Assembly: GCA_029547225.1 (NCBI GenBank)
Contig: JAKPPS010000018.1
Coordinates: 10,288 to 74,287, forward strand
DNA: 64,000 nt
Source: a bacterium
GTDB lineage: Bacteria > Patescibacteriota > Dojkabacteria > SC72 > WJKH01
Direction: 5' to 3'
Each line of letters starts with the position of its first letter. Position 1 is the first letter of the stretch. The position numbers were made by a program, and so were the translations under genes. Positions 7,766 to 15,653 of this stretch are shown here, piece after piece. The notes under the pieces were generated by a model that did not search any database, was not told where the DNA came from, and worked only from the letters and a program-made list of their open reading frames with translations.

Positions 7766-8449
7766 ATGAAGAAAATATTGATAATAGAAGATGATGAAGA
7801 TATTGCACGTATTGAGGCGGATTATTTAAAGTCCGCAAATTACGAATATGAAATAATTACAGATGGCCAAGATGCTATCGACAAGTTCGATTCAGAAATG
7901 CACCAACTGATAATACTTGATCTGAATATCCCAACTGTTGATGGTATACAAGTTTGTCGTCGTATACGTAAAAGTTCGCAAGTACCAATAATTATGGTTA
8001 CTGCAAGGACAGGCGAAGAAAATGAACTTATCGGTTTGGAAGTCGGTGCCGATGATTATATTATTAAGCCATTTAGTCCGAAAGTGTTATTGGCAAGGGT
8101 AAAAGCTATGTTAAGTAGAGTTGGCGGAATAAATAGTAGCGTAATTAATATTTCAAATCTGATTATTGATCCTGACAAATTACTTGTAAGAAAAGATGAT
8201 GAAATATTAAAATTAACAAAGGTTCAGTTTGATATTCTTTACAAACTTGCTTCAAACCCTGGCGTAGTTTTCTCGCGTGAACAACTTATTGATATGGGTT
8301 ATGATAATTACGATGAAAGAGATATCATTGATAGAACAATAGATTCACATATGAAAAATATTAGAAAAATCCTAGGTGTAAATGTCGATGGTTCTGAGTA
8401 TATAGAAACTGTAAGGAGTGTTGGATATCGTTTTACCTTAAAATCATAA
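7766..8449 (+). CDS. OmpR-family two-component response regulator
   Basis: 227 aa. Receiver domain (ILIIEDDEDI, LIILDLNIP, ADDYIIKPF) plus a winged-helix C-terminus (TVRSVGYRF). Confidence 0.9.
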   Translation: MKKILIIEDDEDIARIEADYLKSANYEYEIITDGQDAIDKFDSEMHQLIILDLNIPTVDGIQVCRRIRKSSQVPIIMVTARTGEENELIGLEVGADDYIIKPFSPKVLLARVKAMLSRVGGINSSVINISNLIIDPDKLLVRKDDEILKLTKVQFDILYKLASNPGVVFSREQLIDMGYDNYDERDIIDRTIDSHMKNIRKILGVNVDGSEYIETVRSVGYRFTLKS

Positions 8450-8497
8450 TCGCTATTTAGTTATTAAGTTGACAAGTAAATTTATTGAATAGAAAAG

Positions 8498-9727
8498 ATG
8501 AAGAAATTTGATTTTAAAAATATCCCTTTGTTATGGCAAACTTTCTTGGTGATAATTTTGACAATAGCAATCGTTCTCGGTGTCTCTACATTTATTACAG
8601 TAAATAGCGTAAATAACAATTTTGATAATTTTATTGTTAAACAGGGAGAAACTTTGGGACGAGGATATGGAAGAGAAATATCAGAAATATATAAAGAAGA
8701 AAGGCATAAACAGATTGTAGAAGAATTTAAACAAACAGTGATTGAAAGTACATTGTTATCCGTTGGCGTAGCTGTAGTTATTTCTTCGGTCTTGGCTTAT
8801 TTTTTCTCAAAGAAAATTACAAAACCTTTAAGCAAACTTCATGACTCTATCAATAGTGTTTCAAATCTAAAGAGTATCGAACATATTAGTACAACTGGTA
8901 CAAAAGAGATAAATGATCTTGCAATCTCATTTAATGCAATGATAGATCGCCTTATAAATCTTGAAGAAATGCGAGATGATCTCGTGGATGATGTTGTGCA
9001 TGAGCTTAGGACACCGCTTGCAAGAATAGTCGGAGACCTTGAGGGTGTACAAGATAAGATATATGAAGCAGATGAACAAGTAATATCGAGAGTATTGAAA
9101 AACTCGTATAGACTAGACACATTGATAAATCGTCTTACTCACTTTGCAAATATAAGAGCAGGTAAAATAAAAATGGAAAAAGAAAAAGTATCAATAAGCA
9201 AGATGATCGATGAAGTTATATCAGCTATTGACCCAAATGCAACTACAAATTTACATATAAAGAATTTTGTTGATAAAAAACTATTTATTGAAGCAGACCC
9301 TCAATTGCTCACGGAGGTTTTTGAAAACTTGATAAACAATGCAATAAAATATACTCCAAAAGGTTTTATCTATATTGTCTATGAAAAAGAAAAATCTCAG
9401 CTTGTGTTTATCGATTCGGGTATCGGAATAGAGAAGAAGGATAAAAAAAATATATTTGAGCGTTTCTATAGAATTGATAAATCTCGAAATGTAAAATCGG
9501 GTGGCTTAGGATTGGGATTAGCAATTGTCCGTGAGATAGTTGAAGCTCATGGATGGGAAATATCTGTTGCGAGTCCCTTATCTGATTTAATAGAGAATAA
9601 TACATATCTTGCTGAAATATTGATAAATGAGAATCAAAAAGCAAAAATGAATATTTCCCAGTTTAAAGGCAGTGTATTTATTATCGATAATATTTCAACT
9701 GATGATAAACACAATAAGTTGAAATAA
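8498..9727 (+). CDS. Sensor histidine kinase (TM-HAMP-HisKA-HATPase_c)
   Basis: 409 aa. H-box VHELRTPLA, N-box LINNAIKYTP, G-boxes DSGIGI and GGLGLGLAIV, and two N-terminal TM segments. Confidence 0.9.
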   Translation: MKKFDFKNIPLLWQTFLVIILTIAIVLGVSTFITVNSVNNNFDNFIVKQGETLGRGYGREISEIYKEERHKQIVEEFKQTVIESTLLSVGVAVVISSVLAYFFSKKITKPLSKLHDSINSVSNLKSIEHISTTGTKEINDLAISFNAMIDRLINLEEMRDDLVDDVVHELRTPLARIVGDLEGVQDKIYEADEQVISRVLKNSYRLDTLINRLTHFANIRAGKIKMEKEKVSISKMIDEVISAIDPNATTNLHIKNFVDKKLFIEADPQLLTEVFENLINNAIKYTPKGFIYIVYEKEKSQLVFIDSGIGIEKKDKKNIFERFYRIDKSRNVKSGGLGLGLAIVREIVEAHGWEISVASPLSDLIENNTYLAEILINENQKAKMNISQFKGSVFIIDNISTDDKHNKLK

Positions 9728-9919
9728 GCTTATCTCTGTAATGCAATTTAGTGTTCATAATCTATCCATATTACTGTTGCATAATGATAATAGTCATAGA
9801 TTAAGAACTTTTAACTTATCGCGGTTAGCGAATAAAAACAATAAAAATATAAAAAAGTATATTCTAATATGTGACAGCGGATTTGGAATAATCCATAAAA
9901 TAATTTTTTTATTAATATA

Positions 9920-10426
9920 ATGAAAAAGTCAAAATTAATTGCAAGTGCATTAGCATTTGGTGTTATTGGTCTTACAACAGCAGGAGTAGCTTTTGCTTAT
10001 GATAAAGTAGATACTGTTGTTGGTAAAGACGGCGATGTCAAAGATGTCGTATCAGTAGAAGGTAAAATTGAGTCGGTTGATGGCTCACATATCACTTTCT
10101 CAGATACACAAACAGGTGATCAATTTTCTGGTGGAGTAGGTCCAGGTAGATACTCTGGTACATATACAGTAGGGCAAGATGTAGATATTAAAGGTGTTGT
10201 AACAGATGGTGAGAATTCAAACGATCATAATTTCCAGATAATGGAAATCGATGGTAAGGTATTGCGCGAAAGTTTTGAAGGTAAACCTATGTGGTCAGGA
10301 CAAGGTAATGGTACTAGAGAAAATGCTGGTACTGGTAATGGACAAACGAGACAGTCAAATGGTCAAATGAATGGTGCGAATTTTGTAGATGCAAATGGTG
10401 ATGGAGTTTGCGATAATATGCGCTAA
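9920..10426 (+). CDS. Secreted protein of unknown function
   Basis: 168 aa. Signal peptide MKKSKLIASALAFGVIGLTTAGVAFA, a G/N/Q-rich tail and the C-terminal motif FVDANGDGVCDN. Confidence 0.6.
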   Translation: MKKSKLIASALAFGVIGLTTAGVAFAYDKVDTVVGKDGDVKDVVSVEGKIESVDGSHITFSDTQTGDQFSGGVGPGRYSGTYTVGQDVDIKGVVTDGENSNDHNFQIMEIDGKVLRESFEGKPMWSGQGNGTRENAGTGNGQTRQSNGQMNGANFVDANGDGVCDNMR

Positions 10427-10442
10427 ATATTTATTGGAACTT

Positions 10443-10478
10443 GGCCTCCTCATTATGAGGAGGCTTGTTCTGTTTATT
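10443..10478 (+). terminator. Rho-independent terminator
   Basis: Perfect 9-bp stem GCCTCCTCA/TGAGGAGGC with loop TTA, followed by a T-rich tract. Confidence 0.75.
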
Positions 10479-10495
10479 ATTTATTTTTACAATTT

Positions 10496-11365
10496 ATGAA
10501 AACCAAACAAAAAATTGCATATTTTTTTTCTATTCTAGTGATTTCTTTATTATTTTTTATTCAATTGTTTTATCCTGCCAATGCTCAAGAGAACAGCTTT
10601 ACTACAGAACAAGTTAGCTCTCACAATGTTACAGAAGATTGCTGGGTAATATTTGATAATGGGGTATATGATCTTACAAGTTATCTTAGAAGTCATGATA
10701 GATATCTAGAAATTGACAGTTGGTGTGGTCAAGATATCACGACCGATTTTGAAACTAAAGGAGGTATCGATCGAGATCACAAAACTAGTTCGTATTATTT
10801 ACTGGAAACATATTATATTGGCAAGGTAAATAACAGTGTCACAGATAATGAAAATACGATTTTGAATAAAAGTAATAGTGTAGTTTCTGCTGAAGATGAA
10901 AAAATGACTGATAACGGTATTTTAGATAATAAGAATGATACAGTTGGTAGCATAAACAGTACAAATAAAACGGAAGCAGATACTGATAATAGTACCGATA
11001 ATGTTGTGGATAATCAAAACGGGAGTATAATTAGTCCGTCGAATCCATATAATGTCCTTTTGCCTGTCTTAGCAACATCTTTGTTGTATTTTCTGAGCAA
11101 ATTTATCTCTCGTAAATCAGATTTTGGTAAGAGATATCTTCCTACTCATAAGTTTAACTTTCTCTGGAATAGCTTACTTTTAATTTCGTTGATCCCTTCG
11201 GCGATTTTTGGCTTATATATGATTTTGAGGTACTCGATACCCGAACTTTATAACATTAATTTTGATTTTATGTATTGGCATGTTGAAGGTAGTATTGTGA
11301 TGGCTACTATTGCATTTTTACATTTTATTGATAGATTGAAAACTTTTGTTATTCAGGGGAGATAG
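10496..11365 (+). CDS. Membrane protein with cytochrome b5-like domain
   Basis: 289 aa. Signal or TM start, a b5-like core (EDCWVIFDNGVYDLTSYLRSH, GQDITTDFE) in which HPGG is not conserved, and C-terminal TM helices. Confidence 0.5.
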   Translation: MKTKQKIAYFFSILVISLLFFIQLFYPANAQENSFTTEQVSSHNVTEDCWVIFDNGVYDLTSYLRSHDRYLEIDSWCGQDITTDFETKGGIDRDHKTSSYYLLETYYIGKVNNSVTDNENTILNKSNSVVSAEDEKMTDNGILDNKNDTVGSINSTNKTEADTDNSTDNVVDNQNGSIISPSNPYNVLLPVLATSLLYFLSKFISRKSDFGKRYLPTHKFNFLWNSLLLISLIPSAIFGLYMILRYSIPELYNINFDFMYWHVEGSIVMATIAFLHFIDRLKTFVIQGR

Positions 11366-11369
11366 GGGG

Positions 11370-12212
11370 TTAATCTAATCCAAATTTCTCTTTAATTCGG
11401 AGCATTTTGGATTCCATATGTGAAGCCTCAGCCGAATCTTCATTCTTGCTTCTCAAGAATCCTATTGTATTACAGATTCTTCTTATTATTCCTGAAAGTA
11501 TTTTAGTAGCCCTGCGATTCTTATCCTCATTATTTATCACTGTTAGGCTTGTAAGGAATTGAGTAGGATCTTTTAGAAAATCAATTATATCCTGATTTCC
11601 TATGCTTTCTGGTAAATCTGCAATATTATTAGTAACTACTGGAATTTTGAAAACGGGATCTAAAGAAGGGTGCTCATCTGCAGTTGTTTTAGCAGATATG
11701 CCAAAAAGTGGAACTCTTCTTTTAATTCCTTCATTCTGCTCTTCTGAATAAATAATGATATCAAACGAGTGTCTATCTTTTTGACAAGAATGATCAAAAC
11801 TTTCTGGAACTAAGGAAACATGAATATTAGCTTCTTCTCCCGATTTATATTGTGCATATGCAGGCAAAATATTACTTAGGTATAAACACAGCAATACTTC
11901 AAAAGCATATCCCAAATTTATTGCATTTGATATATTTTCGGGATTTAATTCACCGCCTATAGCCTGATTAAATAACGATCGCAAATTATTAATATAGGTT
12001 TGAGGATCCTGATATCCTGGTACAAAATATTGAGCAGCTTCATTATCCGATCCACTATCAATATAATATCCTCCAGGATCTATTTTATCTTGACGTACAA
12101 GCCTACATATTTTGTTAATCGCTCTTGTATGTGGTGGCATAAGATCGGCATATTTATCAACAGAAGTATGTCTAGTGATTTCTGAAATACTAGAATGGTT
12201 TATTGGCTCCAT
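11370..12212 (-). CDS. Hypothetical protein (orphan)
   Basis: 280-aa ORF, the lone minus-strand gene in a plus-strand block. No motif could be assigned with confidence. Confidence 0.5.
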   Translation of the reverse strand: MEPINHSSISEITRHTSVDKYADLMPPHTRAINKICRLVRQDKIDPGGYYIDSGSDNEAAQYFVPGYQDPQTYINNLRSLFNQAIGGELNPENISNAINLGYAFEVLLCLYLSNILPAYAQYKSGEEANIHVSLVPESFDHSCQKDRHSFDIIIYSEEQNEGIKRRVPLFGISAKTTADEHPSLDPVFKIPVVTNNIADLPESIGNQDIIDFLKDPTQFLTSLTVINNEDKNRRATKILSGIIRRICNTIGFLRSKNEDSAEASHMESKMLRIKEKFGLD

Positions 12213-12386
12213 TTATTTTCGCAGCAAAATAAAAATTGATTTTTTCTTATATTTTTAAAATCAACAATCCCAATAGGTTCCATAAAAACAAAATAAAAAA
12301 TTAAGATTGAGAAAAAACAAATAGTATAGTAAGATAAATTATAGCAGTAAAAGAAAAAAACTGAAATAAGATAAATACATTTAATA

Positions 12387-12980
12387 ATGATAAACGGAAT
12401 AAAATCAATATGCTTTGACATATTTGGTGTGCTGTTGCGAAATAAAATTCAGCTAAATCTATTAGGGAAAAAAAGAGAATCGCTGCAAATAAATGAAAAT
12501 GTAGTGAAAAACTTCTGGCAATCTAAAGGAATTTCAGACTACAAGAAGTTCAGGACAAACACATTACGCGGTATTATTCTGGATGTAGACTATTTTGATG
12601 TAATACCAATGTTGGCGCAGAACTATCATCTCGGAATAATCAGCAATACAAGTGAATCAACTTTCTCAACAATTAATAGGTTTTTCGGTATAACAAGGGC
12701 TTTTTCACCGATTTTGTACAGTGGAAAGACGGACTTATCTAAACCTGATCATCGTATCTATGAACAGTATCTTGATATTGTCAAATTAAATCCAGATCAA
12801 GTACTTTTTATTGATGATAAAATACCTAATCTTGCAGGAGCTCATCAAGTAGGTATGAAAACTTTTTGGATATCACAAGATAAGTCTGCCGAAGCGTATT
12901 TTGCAAAGTCAGAATCGGGATATATGCCAGATATGCATGGAGAAGGATTACGCGGACTTTATCACACGATCATACAATAA
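12387..12980 (+). CDS. HAD-superfamily hydrolase
   Basis: 197 aa. Motif I CFDIFGVLL, motif II IISNTS, motif IV FIDDKIPNLAGAHQVGM. Confidence 0.7.
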   Translation: MINGIKSICFDIFGVLLRNKIQLNLLGKKRESLQINENVVKNFWQSKGISDYKKFRTNTLRGIILDVDYFDVIPMLAQNYHLGIISNTSESTFSTINRFFGITRAFSPILYSGKTDLSKPDHRIYEQYLDIVKLNPDQVLFIDDKIPNLAGAHQVGMKTFWISQDKSAEAYFAKSESGYMPDMHGEGLRGLYHTIIQ

Positions 12981-13116
12981 TATTGAATGATTTCATTTGA
13001 TTCATATTCTGCTTTGTAATACAATTATCTACTTATTTACATAAACTTAATTAACCTTGAGAAGAAGTCATATTTTTTACGGGAAATGTGAGGCGGGTAA
13101 TCTGAAAGTACAACGC

Positions 13117-13169
13117 ATGGATTGTAATGGTGGCGGATGCTTTTGAAAACTTATGCTTGGTTATATAAA
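13117..13169 (+). promoter_or_regulatory. Composite promoter-like motif, copy A
   Basis: ATGGATTGTAATGGT - 26 nt - TGGTTATATAAA, lying 38-44 nt upstream of the GTG (13207) / ATG (13213) start of the nucleotidyltransferase gene. Both boxes are shared with 42874-42926 and 55150-55201. Confidence 0.45.
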
Positions 13170-13212
13170 AATTGTTGTCAATTAATATTATTTAAATTTA
13201 TTAGTTGTGTTT

Positions 13213-14295
13213 ATGAGAATAGCGCTTTTTGCCGGTGGTTTTGGTCAAAGATTGTGGCCAATGAGTACAGAAAAAACACCAAAACAGTTTAGCCGTATTT
13301 ACAATGGAAAATCTACTTTAGATATGTGTCTTGATCTTTTTGCTTCTGAGTATGGTTGGGATAATATTATGATTAATCTCCCAAAGAAGTTTGTTGATCT
13401 CGCCCATAAGGAATATCCTCTTATCAATGAAAAAAATCTTCTTGGTGAATCAATAAGACGAGATTTAGGTCCTGCAGTTGCGCTTGCTAGTGCAAGATTA
13501 ATCGCAGATAACTTGCTTGATGAACCAATGGGTCTTATGTGGACAGATGATCTTATCGGTAATGGTCAAGAATTGTTACGAGTATTGAAGGCTTCAGAAA
13601 AAATTGTAAGAGATGGTATAAGGCCTTTTGTATATATTGGAGAAGAACCTCGCTTTGCAAATCAAAATGTTGGTTGGCTAGAGAAGGGTGAAAGTTTCGA
13701 TACAATCGAAGGAGTTGATTTTTTGAATATTAAAGGTTTTAAATATCGTCCAGATCAAGAAACTGCTGATAAGTGGTTCAAGGCAAAGACTCATTTATTC
13801 CATTCAGCATTCCATGTTACAACTGCAAGATTTGTTATGGATAAGTACAAAGTATTTGCGCCAGAAATATATAAAATAATGATGGAAATTGTCGAATTAT
13901 TAAAGGCAGGTAAAAATATTGATGAAACTTATGAAAAATTCAAAATGGCAAACTTTGATAATTCATTCTTAGAGAAATTATCAGATAAAGAATGCTGTAC
14001 CGCTACATGTGATATCGGGAGTATAGCCATAGGTACTCATGTCGCATACAAAGATTATTATCAGAAGGAGAAGGGTGGTAATGTTATCGAAGGAAATGTT
14101 GTTGATCTCAATAGCAAAAACACTTTAGTTGTAAACCGTGATCCTGAAATGCTTGTAGCTACGATAGGATTACAAGATATGATTGTAGTTAAGGATAATA
14201 ATGCATTGATCGTTTGTCATGATGTTGATTTACCGCGTATAAAAGAACTCCTTGAAAAAGTAAAATCTGTTGAAGAATTGAAAAACTATCTTTAA
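13213..14295 (+). CDS. Sugar-phosphate nucleotidyltransferase (mannose-1-phosphate guanylyltransferase-like)
   Basis: N-terminal IALFAGGFGQRLWPMSTEKTPKQF is typical of the ManC/CpsB-type NTP-transferase fold. The ATG at 13213 is preferred over the GTG at 13207. Confidence 0.7.
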   Translation: MRIALFAGGFGQRLWPMSTEKTPKQFSRIYNGKSTLDMCLDLFASEYGWDNIMINLPKKFVDLAHKEYPLINEKNLLGESIRRDLGPAVALASARLIADNLLDEPMGLMWTDDLIGNGQELLRVLKASEKIVRDGIRPFVYIGEEPRFANQNVGWLEKGESFDTIEGVDFLNIKGFKYRPDQETADKWFKAKTHLFHSAFHVTTARFVMDKYKVFAPEIYKIMMEIVELLKAGKNIDETYEKFKMANFDNSFLEKLSDKECCTATCDIGSIAIGTHVAYKDYYQKEKGGNVIEGNVVDLNSKNTLVVNRDPEMLVATIGLQDMIVVKDNNALIVCHDVDLPRIKELLEKVKSVEELKNYL

Positions 14296-14309
14296 AATAA
14301 AGGATAAGT

Positions 14310-15572
14310 ATGCAGAATAATATTGATCAAGCTGGTGTAAAATCTCGGCGTTTAGTAGGTATCATAGGGGTATTTTTATCAGTGATAATTATTTTAGCGA
14401 TCTTAATATTTAAGCCCAATCTTGCATATTTAGTTTTATTTCTGCCATCATTATATATTACATTTATTGGTTTCATACAATCAAAAAAATCCTTTTGTGT
14501 TTTTCATGGACTGAAGGGCGAAACTAATCTAAATGGTACGGTTTGTAAACTTGAGAGAAAAGATAAAAGTAAATCATTAACCCGTTCAATACGGATTATC
14601 TTTAAATCCTTGCTCTTTGCTTTTCTGCTGTGGATAACACTTTCTTTAGTTATATTAACAATATTTTACAGCTATAGTTTCAAAGACATTATTAATCAAG
14701 GAAATAATATACTAACTCAGATTGGCTTAGTAAAAAACAATGATATGCAAATTATCGATGGGCAAGATGATTCAAGCCTAATGAATAATAGAATTAAACC
14801 TATACCAATATGCATAGTGTGTACTTCTGCCGAGCTTGATACTGCAGGAAATTGCCCGATAGAAAATATTTTCTATCGTGATGGATTAATGTACTCAGGT
14901 GATTCAAATGGAGATGTTATTGTCGATGATACTCAGCCAGAGGAAGGAAAATATCCTAATCGTCTTGCTGAAGAGATTGTCAACAAAATAAATGAGAATG
15001 AATATGATTATGAAAAATTATCGGAGGCAGTACCTGTAGAGGGATTCGAAGAAAGTATTGTTAGTGATGATTACATTACTTTGGAACCCAATTTTGATGA
15101 TATCATTATTCAATCTGTATATTTAAGTTTTGATACAAATACCAATCAATTTACTAATCAGATTTCTTATTTAGATAAAAATTTACGTATTAATTGGAAA
15201 TATCGACTCAATGACACGATTTATAATATCGGTGATGAAAGTGTAGATTTTGTAGCAAATGAAGGAGGTGTTAGTGTAAATGAAAAGAGTGAACAAGATG
15301 AGAGTAAAAGAGAGTCTGACGATGATCTTCTCGATGGTAATGATGTCGTAGATAGAGAAATTCATCATAATTTAGTTCTGCTGAGAAATATGGATACTGG
15401 TTGGTTAATTGGTGACTACATTTTTTCTGTGTATAGCGGTAATTCTATCGTTGAAAATAATGATTTCATCAATGATGTGGATACTTCTGTTGATAGTAGC
15501 TCTATCGATAATACTTATACTGACGCTGATATGTCAGTTTTCTGTACCGGTTTTGTTAGGATTGAGAGATAG
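14310..15572 (+). CDS. Membrane protein of unknown function
   Basis: 420 aa with three N-terminal TM segments and a D/N/E-rich extracytoplasmic region. Confidence 0.55.
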   Translation: MQNNIDQAGVKSRRLVGIIGVFLSVIIILAILIFKPNLAYLVLFLPSLYITFIGFIQSKKSFCVFHGLKGETNLNGTVCKLERKDKSKSLTRSIRIIFKSLLFAFLLWITLSLVILTIFYSYSFKDIINQGNNILTQIGLVKNNDMQIIDGQDDSSLMNNRIKPIPICIVCTSAELDTAGNCPIENIFYRDGLMYSGDSNGDVIVDDTQPEEGKYPNRLAEEIVNKINENEYDYEKLSEAVPVEGFEESIVSDDYITLEPNFDDIIIQSVYLSFDTNTNQFTNQISYLDKNLRINWKYRLNDTIYNIGDESVDFVANEGGVSVNEKSEQDESKRESDDDLLDGNDVVDREIHHNLVLLRNMDTGWLIGDYIFSVYSGNSIVENNDFINDVDTSVDSSSIDNTYTDADMSVFCTGFVRIER

Positions 15573-15642
15573 ATAAAACTTATTTTAGATCTTCTCCATC
15601 CTATTAACCAATTTCACTCTACCCAAAAAAAGTAAAAGAGGA

Positions 15643-15648
15643 TATAAT
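15643..15648 (+). promoter_or_regulatory. -10 box (TATAAT) 5 nt upstream of secA ATG
   Basis: GGATATAAT aagca ATG. The purine run AAGAGGA partly overlaps the upstream edge of the -10 box and is too far from the ATG to act as an SD. Confidence 0.35.
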
Positions 15649-15653
15649 AAGCA

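Noticed and set aside
13074-13083. A TTTTTTACGG motif near all three composite-motif copies (13074, 42945, about 55135).
   Set aside because: Its position and orientation relative to the boxes differ in each copy (upstream by 34 nt, downstream by 18 nt, upstream by 6 nt), so it is not part of a fixed architecture.
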